Positions 1-7,387 are shown, counted from the first letter of the stretch. The stretch is DNA of 30,071 bases from a virus (IMGVR_UViG_3300012667_000399:1-30071); one strand, 5' to 3'. The notes: a model not told the origin generated them from the sequence alone. A program made the numbers and translations.

Positions 1-126
1 GTATAAACTAGTATGAACTATTTTTAGGTAGTTATAGTTTACACCACTTGTTATTGCGGAAGATGTAGGACCTTGCTTGTATCTTGAAGTCTTCTCTTCG
101 GCAGTAACTAATTTGTTCAGTATCAT
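1..126 (-). CDS. Possible small hypothetical protein, runs off the window edge
   Basis: Hand translation from ATG at 126: MILNKLVTAEEKTSRYKQGPTSSAITSGVNYNYLKIVHTSLY, no stop before position 1; AT-rich upstream. Confidence 0.3.
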   Translation of the reverse strand, partial: MILNKLVTAEEKTSRYKQGPTSSAITSGVNYNYLKIVHTSLY

Positions 127-170
127 GCAGTTAAGTATACTAAGTTAAATTAATTAATTAGTATATGAGG

Positions 171-212
171 AAACAAAAGGAGAAAGATGGCCTAAACGGC
201 CATCAAATCTCC
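171..212 (-). terminator. Rho-independent terminator for the minus-strand gene 192..371
   Basis: GGAGA(179-183)-AA-GATGGCC(186-192)-TAAAC-GGCCATC(198-204)-AAA-TCTCC(208-212) hairpin, followed on the minus strand by TTTTGTTT (178-171); overlaps the TAG stop. Confidence 0.7.
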
Positions 213-371
213 GACTACAATTTGCAGTCTTTCCACCTCGCTGGTGAGCAAGGGCTCGCTCGCGTGCTTGATGATAATGTTATTCTCATCGCGCTCTTGA
301 GCAAAGTGAGCCATCGTGTAAGCTGGATTCTTAGCAGCTACGATTAAAGAAATTATACGCTTTGTTTGCAT
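192..371 (-). CDS. 59-aa hypothetical protein, first gene of the leftward unit (below ORF-track cutoff)
   Basis: MQTKRIISLIVAAKNPAYTMAHFAQERDENNIIIKHASEPLLTSEVERLQIVVGDLMAV*; protein-like composition, AT-rich start context, terminator at the stop. Confidence 0.7.
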   Translation of the reverse strand: MQTKRIISLIVAAKNPAYTMAHFAQERDENNIIIKHASEPLLTSEVERLQIVVGDLMAV

Positions 372-560
372 AATATTGGACGCGGGGGTTTTGATCCGCT
401 TCGCTTAGTGGGGGTCGTTGAATACGTAGGACATCACTCGCAAAAATTTCCCCCAAAAAAATAATTTTTAAAAAAATTTTTTAATACCCCTTAAGGTACA
501 ATATTCCAAACACTAACTTAAAATATCACCGATAGGGTATTTTATTCCAGACATTATTAG

Positions 561-568
561 TATTTTTG
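561..568 (+). promoter_or_regulatory. Bacteroidota -7 promoter box
   Basis: TATTTTTG matches TAnnTTTG, 27 nt before ATG 596. Confidence 0.55.
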
Positions 569-595
569 AAACCTAACTTAATTAACTTTAAATCA

Positions 596-733
596 ATGGC
601 TAAGGCAAAACAAACTAGCACATCATTCGTTGCTAAACCTAAAAGAAAGCGTCCAGGAATTCACGCTAAAACTAAATATTCCTCAATCAAAACTTCAAAA
701 AATTACAAAAAAATTAGTAGGGGTCAGGGATAA
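596..733 (+). CDS. 45-aa very basic phage protein ending RGQG
   Basis: MAKAKQTSTSFVAKPKRKRPGIHAKTKYSSIKTSKNYKKISRGQG*; resembles recalled small basic phage proteins ending in (Y)RGQG. Confidence 0.8.
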   Translation: MAKAKQTSTSFVAKPKRKRPGIHAKTKYSSIKTSKNYKKISRGQG

Positions 734-738
734 TGTTA

Positions 739-746
739 TATATTTG
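739..746 (+). promoter_or_regulatory. Bacteroidota -7 promoter box upstream of the structured non-coding region
   Basis: TATATTTG ends 3 nt before the first stem arm at 750. Confidence 0.6.
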
Positions 747-749
747 TAG

Positions 750-1030
750 TACGAACCGTTATCACTAACGATCACCTCTGAGGGCCAAAAGGTAAGTAAG
801 AGGTCAGAAGTTGGGTTCTAATAATGCACACGAATAGGTAACCAATCCACCACGACATAGGCATTAGGAGTTGTCCCCAATAGTTCGTAAAAATGTTAAA
901 GAGATAAAAGTCCTGGGGTGGGTTATAACTATAGGCTGAAAGAAATGTTCCACCGAAGGCTAAAGACGGCAGTGACTTAAAACTCTTTAATCAACAAAAA
1001 ATCGCTAAGGGGATAATTGTATCTTTTTAA
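750..1030 (+). ncRNA. Putative structured non-coding RNA (or long structured leader), family unknown
   Basis: No ORF in the track; about 42% GC (hand count 751-990). Nested stems 750-756/883-889, 757-761/766-770, 774-779/799-804, 811-815/876-880, 822-827/861-866, 895-903/983-991, 908-915/970-978, 917-922/949-954. Promoter before; weak hairpin plus T-run at about 1008-1028. Confidence 0.6.
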
Positions 1031-1063
1031 GATTTAGTGTAACGGATTTAAAATCAACAACTT

Positions 1064-1162
1064 ATGGAAATTTTACTAATGTTTGCAGCGTCAATTGCAG
1101 CAACAATTACTGTCATCATAAAAATTAATCAGCATTATACTGAGAAGTTTAAGAATAAATAG
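1064..1162 (+). CDS. 32-aa single-pass membrane peptide
   Basis: MEILLMFAASIAATITVIIKINQHYTEKFKNK*; hydrophobic helix plus basic tail; A-rich upstream. Confidence 0.55.
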   Translation: MEILLMFAASIAATITVIIKINQHYTEKFKNK

Positions 1163-1170
1163 TAACTTTG
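1163..1170 (+). promoter_or_regulatory. -7 promoter box, probably giving a leaderless mRNA
   Basis: TAACTTTG followed by 4 nt and ATG 1175. Confidence 0.6.
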
Positions 1171-1174
1171 TGTC

Positions 1175-1408
1175 ATGCCTACAACTCTATACACTGGTGT
1201 TATGGTCAATAAAGACCCAGTATTAAATACTGAAGATAACTACTCGCCTGCAGTAGTAATTACTGACCATGTAATTCAAGTGTTTAACGAGCAAGACCAA
1301 CTTACGGTTGAGTTTACTTACGAAGAGCTTAGAGGTATAATGGGAGTAATGGCTGCTGAACAAGAAAAAGAGCATTTCATTATTCGCGCTAAAATTAAAG
1401 AAAACTAA
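1175..1408 (+). CDS. Hypothetical protein
   Basis: 77-aa ORF with promoter directly upstream, in series with the next gene. Confidence 0.75.
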   Translation: MPTTLYTGVMVNKDPVLNTEDNYSPAVVITDHVIQVFNEQDQLTVEFTYEELRGIMGVMAAEQEKEHFIIRAKIKEN

Positions 1409-1415
1409 AATTAAA

Positions 1416-1892
1416 ATGGGAAAAATTACTAGAAAAAATTACAATGCTAAAGGATACTCAGCATTTGAAAATGGATTTGCTAAAGTATGGCATGTAAATG
1501 ATATTTATGAAACAACACTTCCTTACAAAGTGTACACAGCTACATTTGTTTTTAATGGAAGTGATCTTACTACTCCTCTTATAGTAAATGTTTTGCAAAA
1601 TACTTTAGCAGACACTTTAGAATATTCAGTACAAGAAGAAGGTAAATTTGATTACGTAATTACTAGCGGTCCTAACAGTTATGATATATTCACTCTAAAT
1701 AAAACATTTATAACTATTACAGCTCCGTCAGATGACAACACTGTTTTATATAGCCCAACATTTTCAATAACTACTGAACGAGAAATTGTTTTTAGAGTAT
1801 TAGATAGTGCAAGTGCAACAGTTACTGCTGTTGGAACACATGGATCACCTGAATCATCATTTGGAACATTAGAAATTAGAGTATACAATTAA
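1416..1892 (+). CDS. Beta-rich hypothetical protein, possible virion accessory
   Basis: YKVYTA...VLQNTL...LEIRVYN pattern recalled from Bacteroidota phage structural proteins; Thr/Ser-rich. Confidence 0.6.
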   Translation: MGKITRKNYNAKGYSAFENGFAKVWHVNDIYETTLPYKVYTATFVFNGSDLTTPLIVNVLQNTLADTLEYSVQEEGKFDYVITSGPNSYDIFTLNKTFITITAPSDDNTVLYSPTFSITTEREIVFRVLDSASATVTAVGTHGSPESSFGTLEIRVYN

Positions 1893-1894
1893 GT

Positions 1895-2440
1895 ATGAAA
1901 CAATATTCTATAGAAGATCTTAAAAAAGAATTTGCTAGACTTAGTTATAAGTTCCCATCATTTCATTTAGTTGGTATACGTTCTAAAGCAAACGCAAAAA
2001 ATCAATTTGATGATTTGATTGCAGTTATTAATAATAATGAAATCACTTGGTACACTTGTACTACTAATCCTGGAACTCATTGGTTAAAAAATCTTTTAAA
2101 TCCAAAAGGTGCAGCAGTTCTTAAACCAGGACAGTATTTAGACTCATGGCAGATTGGACTTCATCAAGGAAAATATCAAGCTCTTACGCAGTGTAAACCA
2201 ATTGCAGTTTATAGAGATGGAGATAGAGATGATATTGCAGAAGAATCTAAGATTACAGAAACTGGAATATTTGGGATTAACATTCACAGAGCTAACCCTA
2301 ATATAGTATCTAAACTTATAGACAAATGGAGTGCAGGTTGTCAAGTTCTTAATGATCCAAAACAGTTCAATGAACTTCTTAATAAATGTAAAGCGACGAA
2401 AAACAAAACTTTTACTTACACTTTACTAAATGAATTTTAA
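1895..2440 (+). CDS. Putative endolysin, L,D-transpeptidase (YkuD)-like fold
   Basis: GINIHRA...IDKWSAGCQV matches the His...S-x-G-C catalytic motif; first gene of a holin/spanin cluster. Confidence 0.7.
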   Translation: MKQYSIEDLKKEFARLSYKFPSFHLVGIRSKANAKNQFDDLIAVINNNEITWYTCTTNPGTHWLKNLLNPKGAAVLKPGQYLDSWQIGLHQGKYQALTQCKPIAVYRDGDRDDIAEESKITETGIFGINIHRANPNIVSKLIDKWSAGCQVLNDPKQFNELLNKCKATKNKTFTYTLLNEF

Positions 2441-2669
2441 AGAAATGATGACTAGCATATTCTCAGCAGATGGGAATTTATCTTTTAAAAGAGTTGGATC
2501 TGGAGTTACTCTTGTTGCTTTACTTGTACTAGCTTTTATTAGTACTATGAGCAATTACAAAACTCCTGATTATATTTTTGATTGGCTAGTCATTATAATC
2601 CTTACAGGATTTGGAGGGACTGCAGCTGAGAATATCATTAAAGCTAAAAATCCAAATACAAATGTCTAA
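2430..2669 (+). CDS. Putative holin (2 TM)
   Basis: Two hydrophobic segments (VGSGVTLVALLVLAFIS; IFDWLVIIILTGFGG), S-x-KR before TM1; overlaps the endolysin. Confidence 0.7.
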   Translation: MNFKEMMTSIFSADGNLSFKRVGSGVTLVALLVLAFISTMSNYKTPDYIFDWLVIIILTGFGGTAAENIIKAKNPNTNV

Positions 2670-3009
2670 GATAGAAAAAGGAGTTATACTATCCATTCTA
2701 ATTATACTAGGAGTTTTATTTGTGTCTTTATTATTTACTTCTACTGATCCTAAACCAGTTCCAGTAGATAATACTACAGAGTTAGAACTAAAGTTAGAAA
2801 ACCAAAAACTACAGTTTTTAATAGACTCTTTAAGTTTAGTAGATAGTTTACATTTAGTTCAGTTAAAAGAAAAACAAGTCATTATAAAATATAAGAAAGA
2901 TGAGATTTATAAAGTTATTAATTTTATCCCTAATGCTGATAGCAAGTACAAAGACAGTTTATGGTCAGTGCATCTTGCGGACTCCGTCGGGAGAGGTAGT
3001 GTTAACTAA
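2662..3009 (+). CDS. Putative inner-membrane spanin-like protein (start refined to ATG 2662)
   Basis: MSKIEK followed by an N-terminal TM and a coiled coil; 3' end overlaps the next gene by 110 nt. Confidence 0.55.
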   Translation: MSKIEKGVILSILIILGVLFVSLLFTSTDPKPVPVDNTTELELKLENQKLQFLIDSLSLVDSLHLVQLKEKQVIIKYKKDEIYKVINFIPNADSKYKDSLWSVHLADSVGRGSVN

Positions 3010-3325
3010 AACACAAGAAGATAAAATTCTTCAGTTGCTTGAGGAGAAAGAAATCTTATATTTGGAAATCCAAGGTAAAGATCTGGAAATAAACTATCTA
3101 AATAATAAACAAATGGAATCTTTTAGACTAACTCAAGCTTTAATGGAGAGTAACGAAAAACTTCAAGGTAAGTTACTAGCCGTATCAAAAAAATTAGATT
3201 CTCAAACTGCAGAGACTTACAAGTTACAAGCAGAGTTAGATATCAAACAACGTAGATTGCGTACTTGGCAAATAGCTACAGCAGTAACATCTACAATAAT
3301 TCTTATAAAGATCTTTCTTATGTAA
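2900..3325 (+). CDS. Putative spanin-like partner: signal peptide, coiled coil, C-terminal TM
   Basis: MRFIKLLILSLMLIAS signal, YGQC, heptad-rich middle, terminal WQIATAVTSTIILIKIFLM. Confidence 0.5.
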   Translation: MRFIKLLILSLMLIASTKTVYGQCILRTPSGEVVLTKTQEDKILQLLEEKEILYLEIQGKDLEINYLNNKQMESFRLTQALMESNEKLQGKLLAVSKKLDSQTAETYKLQAELDIKQRRLRTWQIATAVTSTIILIKIFLM

Positions 3326-3335
3326 AAGATTTGAT

Positions 3336-3343
3336 TATATTTG
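3336..3343 (+). promoter_or_regulatory. -7 promoter box upstream of groES
   Basis: TATATTTG in the intergenic gap, 20 nt before ATG 3364. Confidence 0.6.
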
Positions 3344-3363
3344 CACATATAAACTAACACATT

Positions 3364-3672
3364 ATGGCAAATTTAATCAATTTTAATCCAACTCGTGACT
3401 GGGTTGTGGTTCCAGACCCATCAGTAAGAGAAACTGAAAGTGGTATTATGTTATCAGAAGGTGCTGCTATGGCAGCTAAGAAACCAACATCTACAATCGT
3501 AGCATGTGGTCCTCAATGTACTCAAGTTAAAGTAGGAGATGAGATTCTAGTTCATCCAACAGCTGAAGGTTTTTTCTTTGAAGTTGATGGAAAGAAATAT
3601 GCAGCTATTAACGAGTTCATGGTTCTTGGTGTAATTCCATCAAAAGCTATTCAAGGAGCTACTAATCTGTAA
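3364..3672 (+). CDS. groES: Co-chaperonin GroES (Cpn10)-like
   Basis: FNPTRDWVVV, mobile loop ETESGIML, IVACGP...VKVGDEIL, VDGKKYAAINEFMVLGVI. Confidence 0.88.
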   Translation: MANLINFNPTRDWVVVPDPSVRETESGIMLSEGAAMAAKKPTSTIVACGPQCTQVKVGDEILVHPTAEGFFFEVDGKKYAAINEFMVLGVIPSKAIQGATNL

Positions 3673-3696
3673 ACTAAAAACCTATTAATTTGTACA

Positions 3697-3960
3697 ATGG
3701 ACGGCACGGTAACAATATCGTTGAAAGATTACGATGAGTTGCGTAATCAGGAAACATTCGTAAAAGATACAAAACAGGCTTTACTAAAATCAGCTAAAGA
3801 GTTAGAAGTATTCTTATCTTTTCTTTGTACCAGGGAGTCAATTACTGAATACATAGATGAGTTTAATACTCACGCAAAGACTTGCAAAATTAGACTGATA
3901 GATGGTAGAGCTAAAATAGAATTATTAAATGCAAAGCAAGATGAAAGCGATCAAGATTAA
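3697..3960 (+). CDS. Hypothetical protein
   Basis: 87 aa; N-terminal TVTISLKDYDELR pattern common in small phage proteins. Confidence 0.75.
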   Translation: MDGTVTISLKDYDELRNQETFVKDTKQALLKSAKELEVFLSFLCTRESITEYIDEFNTHAKTCKIRLIDGRAKIELLNAKQDESDQD

Positions 3961-4258
3961 AGCACAGACTACTTTTAAATATCTTTCATTTTTTAACGGA
4001 TTATTTAAGCTCACAGAAAATGAGCTTAAAGTTCTTACAGCTCTAATTGAAAACAATGAAGAGCAAAATCTTTGTTCAGCTGCTAACAAAAAGAAAATAG
4101 CTGAGCTTCTAGAGATTAAAGATCATAATACGTTAAACAATTACGTTAAAAGATTGAAGGATAAAAAAGCTATTATTAAAGATAAAGCTAACTATAAACT
4201 AAACCCAATGCTTGTAAAACAGAACAGGGTTATAGCAATTATAGCTGATGAAAGTTAA
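3929..4258 (+). CDS. Winged-helix/HTH DNA-binding protein (start may be ATG 3941)
   Basis: LTENELKVL...KKKIAELLEI..NTLNNYVKRLKDKKAI...YKLNP, a MarR/RepL-like wHTH pattern. Confidence 0.7.
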   Translation: MQSKMKAIKIKAQTTFKYLSFFNGLFKLTENELKVLTALIENNEEQNLCSAANKKKIAELLEIKDHNTLNNYVKRLKDKKAIIKDKANYKLNPMLVKQNRVIAIIADES

Positions 4259-4400
4259 TATAGCTAAGAAAGTAATTCAAATCTGGGATGTAAGTTATTA
4301 CTATTTAACTATCATTCAAGATAAAGATGGAACTTTAGAAGAATGTATAATTGAACAATATGAATTCGAAAATCAAGGCAAACATCCTACAGATGATTAA
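4248..4400 (+). CDS. 50-aa hypothetical protein (below ORF-track cutoff)
   Basis: MKVNIAKKVIQIWDVSYYYLTIIQDKDGTLEECIIEQYEFENQGKHPTDD*; fills the 4258-4351 gap and overlaps both neighbours. Confidence 0.6.
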   Translation: MKVNIAKKVIQIWDVSYYYLTIIQDKDGTLEECIIEQYEFENQGKHPTDD

Positions 4401-4692
4401 AAATTATACTGTAGACACATGGGATTACATAGCAGAGGGTTGTCCTCCTACCCCAAAGGAAGAGTATAACAAACGAGTAGAAATCTGCAGTAATTGCCCA
4501 TCAATAGTTATTGAGCAATTTAGGTGTTCAGAGTGTGGATGTCCAATGGCTAAAAAAGCTAAAAGACAAACAGCAACTTGTCCACTTAATAAATGGCCTA
4601 AAACTGTAATAGGATCTACAGGTAAAAAAATTCAAATAACTAAAGGTGAAAAAAGAAAAGAAACTAATAATCCAACTGGCGACCAAGCATAA
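4360..4692 (+). CDS. Cys-rich metal-binding protein (DUF6171-like by recall; ATG 4360 or 4393)
   Basis: RVEICSNCP...RCSECGCPM..KAK...CPLNKW. Confidence 0.75.
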   Translation: MNSKIKANILQMIKNYTVDTWDYIAEGCPPTPKEEYNKRVEICSNCPSIVIEQFRCSECGCPMAKKAKRQTATCPLNKWPKTVIGSTGKKIQITKGEKRKETNNPTGDQA

Positions 4693-4885
4693 TCTTTCTC
4701 TACATGCAGTGGAGGAGATTGTGTTTAGTCAGTTTAAGTTTACTGCTGAAATAATGAAACAGCCTGATTTTCAAGTAATTAGGCTACCTTATTTTGGAAA
4801 ATTTCATGCAAAAAAAGAACGTATAGCTCACATTAACGAAAGAGTTAGACGTAGACAAGAAAACAAAAATAAAGAAACTAAATGA
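4646..4885 (+). CDS. HU/IHF-like DNA-binding protein
   Basis: LIIQLATKHNLS...VEEIV...VIRLPYFGKFHAK matches the HU/IHF pattern; GTG start. Confidence 0.7.
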   Translation: MKKEKKLIIQLATKHNLSLHAVEEIVFSQFKFTAEIMKQPDFQVIRLPYFGKFHAKKERIAHINERVRRRQENKNKETK

Positions 4886-5379
4886 AAGATCTACTAACAT
4901 TAGCAGAGGGTAAAGTTGAACCATCTCCGTATGCTTTAACTATCCCAGAGTTTAGTAAACTAACAACTAACGAATTATCTTTTGTTTACTTTTTTGTAGA
5001 CCATAGATCTAGTTATGCAGCTTACGAGCAAGATGAGAGACAAGAAATTCTTACTAAAGATTTAAAGATAACAATCACCCCAAAACTTAAAGGGGCTATT
5101 GATAAATACAAAGCATTATCTGAAACTCACGCTATTAAATTGCTTAAGTCTGCACGTATCTCAGTTACTAAATTAGAGAAGTATTTTGAAAATATTGATT
5201 TAACAGAGATGGATGAGAATGGACGGTTGATCTACCAGGCAAAAGACTTAGTTGCTAACTTATCTAAAATGGGGGATGTAGTTGAGGGATTAGATAAACT
5301 AGAAGAATTAGTTAAAAAGCAAACAGAAAAAGATAATCCAAATCGTGGAGGAGTTGTTACTAATAAATACAGTGAATGA
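4882..5379 (+). CDS. Helical protein directly upstream of terL; candidate small terminase
   Basis: ATGA-coupled to terL; helical and coiled-coil; C-terminal NRGG. Role inferred from position only. Confidence 0.5.
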   Translation: MKDLLTLAEGKVEPSPYALTIPEFSKLTTNELSFVYFFVDHRSSYAAYEQDERQEILTKDLKITITPKLKGAIDKYKALSETHAIKLLKSARISVTKLEKYFENIDLTEMDENGRLIYQAKDLVANLSKMGDVVEGLDKLEELVKKQTEKDNPNRGGVVTNKYSE

Positions 5380-7346
5380 TAAAGTTTAAAGATACACACT
5401 TATTTTCCCCAGCATCTACTACATATTTGACCAAAGGGTATTATACCGATGAGAATAAAAACTCTAAAAGGTACTATGAATTTTGGGATGAAGAAAAGCA
5501 TAGATGTTTGTACGGATACGAAGTTAATGGAGTTCACATTACAGGGTTCCATTACTTTTATCTTAACTATTGCGTTATTGATAGGGTTGTAGACGTAGTT
5601 GACCCAGTAACTGGAGAAGAATACTCACAACGTGAACGAACTTTCCCTGCATTTTATGATGGAGATTACGACTACTTTCAATCAATAGAAAAAGCACGTA
5701 AAACTAACAAGCATATTGTAGTACTTAAGGCTCGACGTAAAGGTTATTCATACAAAGCCGCAGCTATGTTAGCTAGAAACTACTACCACTTGCGTAATTC
5801 TAAGAACTTTGTATTTGCATCAGATAAACAATACTTGATTGGTGATGGTATTATGTCTAAAACGTGGGATATTCTTTCGTTTATTGATGACAATACAGCA
5901 TGGACTCAACCAAGAATTAAAGATACTGATATGCATAAGCAGTCAGGATACAAAAAGAACGTAAATGGTGCTGATGTAACCCTAGGTTTTAAGTCTCAGA
6001 TACTAGCAGTGAGTTTAAAAGACGATCCAGACAAAGTCCGTGGTAAAGCAGGTGAGTTAATTTTCTTTGAAGAAGCAGGATCCTTTACAGGGTTATTAAA
6101 AGCTTGGGAAGTTGCTATGCCAACTATGAAACAAGGGTCAAAAACACTTGGAACTATGGTGGCGTTTGGAACTGGTGGAGAAGAAGGACCTGGTTTTGAA
6201 GGACTAGAAGAGTTATTCTACCATCCTGATGCATATGATTGTTTAGCATTTGAAAATGAGTGGGATGCTGGTGCAATGGGCACACAATGTGGATTTTTTC
6301 ACCCTATTTACAAAAACTTAGATGGGTTTATTGACAAAGATGGGAATAGTGACACCAATGCAGCTATAGAATTTGAGTTAGAACAGCGAGAAAAGAAGAA
6401 AAAAGGTAATGATGCTAAGTCATTTGACCAATATGTAGCAGAACATGCCTTTACTCCGCAAGAAGCTACACTTCAAGTTACTGGAAATACATTTGATGTG
6501 ACATCTTTAAAAGAACAGTACAATAGAGTGATAGCAAACAACCTAGATGCTATTGGAGTTGCAGGAGAATTGTACTATACCTCTGATGGTAAGGTAGATT
6601 TTCGTGGTAATTCCCCACATAGACCTATTACTAAGTTCCCACATAGGAAAGATGATGACGTAACAGGTGCAGTTGTAATCTACGAAACCCCATATAAGAC
6701 TGATGTAGAACAAGTTACCCCAAAAAACATGTACATAATTGGGCATGACCCTTACGCGCAAGCGGGTACGTCAGGATCTTTGGGGGCAGCATACGTTATT
6801 AAAGTCCCAAATAACCTATCTAAACCAGATGACTTAATTGTTGCATCATATGTAGGCCGTCCACAGACTCAAGATGAGTATAATAGAAATCTGTTTATGC
6901 TAGCAGAATACTATAACGCAAAAATAGGATTTGAGAATGACCGAGGCGAAGTTATACCTTATGCTAAACGTTTTAGAAAGTTACATTTACTACAAGAAGA
7001 GTTTGAAATGCTAGATAAACGTGATCTTCGTAGTAAAACAGTTAAGCGCCAGTATGGAATGCACATGACTGAGCAACGTAAAAACCAAGGAGAACTTTAT
7101 ATTAGGGATTGGCTGATAGATAGTAGAGGATCTGACGAAGACGGTAATGTTACTCTTAATATGCATAAGATTTATGACCCAGGGTTACTGCAAGAGTTAA
7201 TTAAGTTTAATCGTAAAGGCAACTTTGACCGATCTATGGCGTTAATGATAGCAATGTACCATATGCGAGAGTTATATAACAAAGAAGTCTATGTCCAAAT
7301 CAATGATAATTCAGCAAATGATTGGTTTGATAAAAATTATAAGTAA
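5376..7346 (+). CDS. terL: Terminase large subunit
   Basis: Walker A LKARRKGYSY, Walker B IFFEEAG, coupling motif FGTGG, nuclease IIGHDPY and NFDRSMA; upstream of portal. Confidence 0.95.
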   Translation: MIKFKDTHLFSPASTTYLTKGYYTDENKNSKRYYEFWDEEKHRCLYGYEVNGVHITGFHYFYLNYCVIDRVVDVVDPVTGEEYSQRERTFPAFYDGDYDYFQSIEKARKTNKHIVVLKARRKGYSYKAAAMLARNYYHLRNSKNFVFASDKQYLIGDGIMSKTWDILSFIDDNTAWTQPRIKDTDMHKQSGYKKNVNGADVTLGFKSQILAVSLKDDPDKVRGKAGELIFFEEAGSFTGLLKAWEVAMPTMKQGSKTLGTMVAFGTGGEEGPGFEGLEELFYHPDAYDCLAFENEWDAGAMGTQCGFFHPIYKNLDGFIDKDGNSDTNAAIEFELEQREKKKKGNDAKSFDQYVAEHAFTPQEATLQVTGNTFDVTSLKEQYNRVIANNLDAIGVAGELYYTSDGKVDFRGNSPHRPITKFPHRKDDDVTGAVVIYETPYKTDVEQVTPKNMYIIGHDPYAQAGTSGSLGAAYVIKVPNNLSKPDDLIVASYVGRPQTQDEYNRNLFMLAEYYNAKIGFENDRGEVIPYAKRFRKLHLLQEEFEMLDKRDLRSKTVKRQYGMHMTEQRKNQGELYIRDWLIDSRGSDEDGNVTLNMHKIYDPGLLQELIKFNRKGNFDRSMALMIAMYHMRELYNKEVYVQINDNSANDWFDKNYK

Positions 7347-7381
7347 CTTTGCTAATATAAGACATTTTATATTTAATTTTG
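7344..7381 (+). promoter_or_regulatory. Tandem TAnnTTTG boxes upstream of portal
   Basis: TAACTTTG 7344-7351 and TAATTTTG 7374-7381; the first TTTG could serve as the -33 element of the second. Confidence 0.55.
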
Positions 7382-7387
7382 TAAGTA

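Noticed and set aside
165-347. Plus-strand 60-aa ORF in the track
   Set aside because: Shadow of the minus-strand gene 192..371, which has a correctly oriented terminator.
776-915. Hammerhead-like CTGAG and RNase P-like AAAGTCC words
   Set aside because: The required partner motifs (CUGANGA with GAAA; RNase P 3' conserved region) are absent.
846-925. TCCACCA followed later by GGGG, suggesting a permuted tmRNA or tRNA end
   Set aside because: No T-arm (GTTCRA) before the CCA and no cloverleaf or tag frame recognisable.
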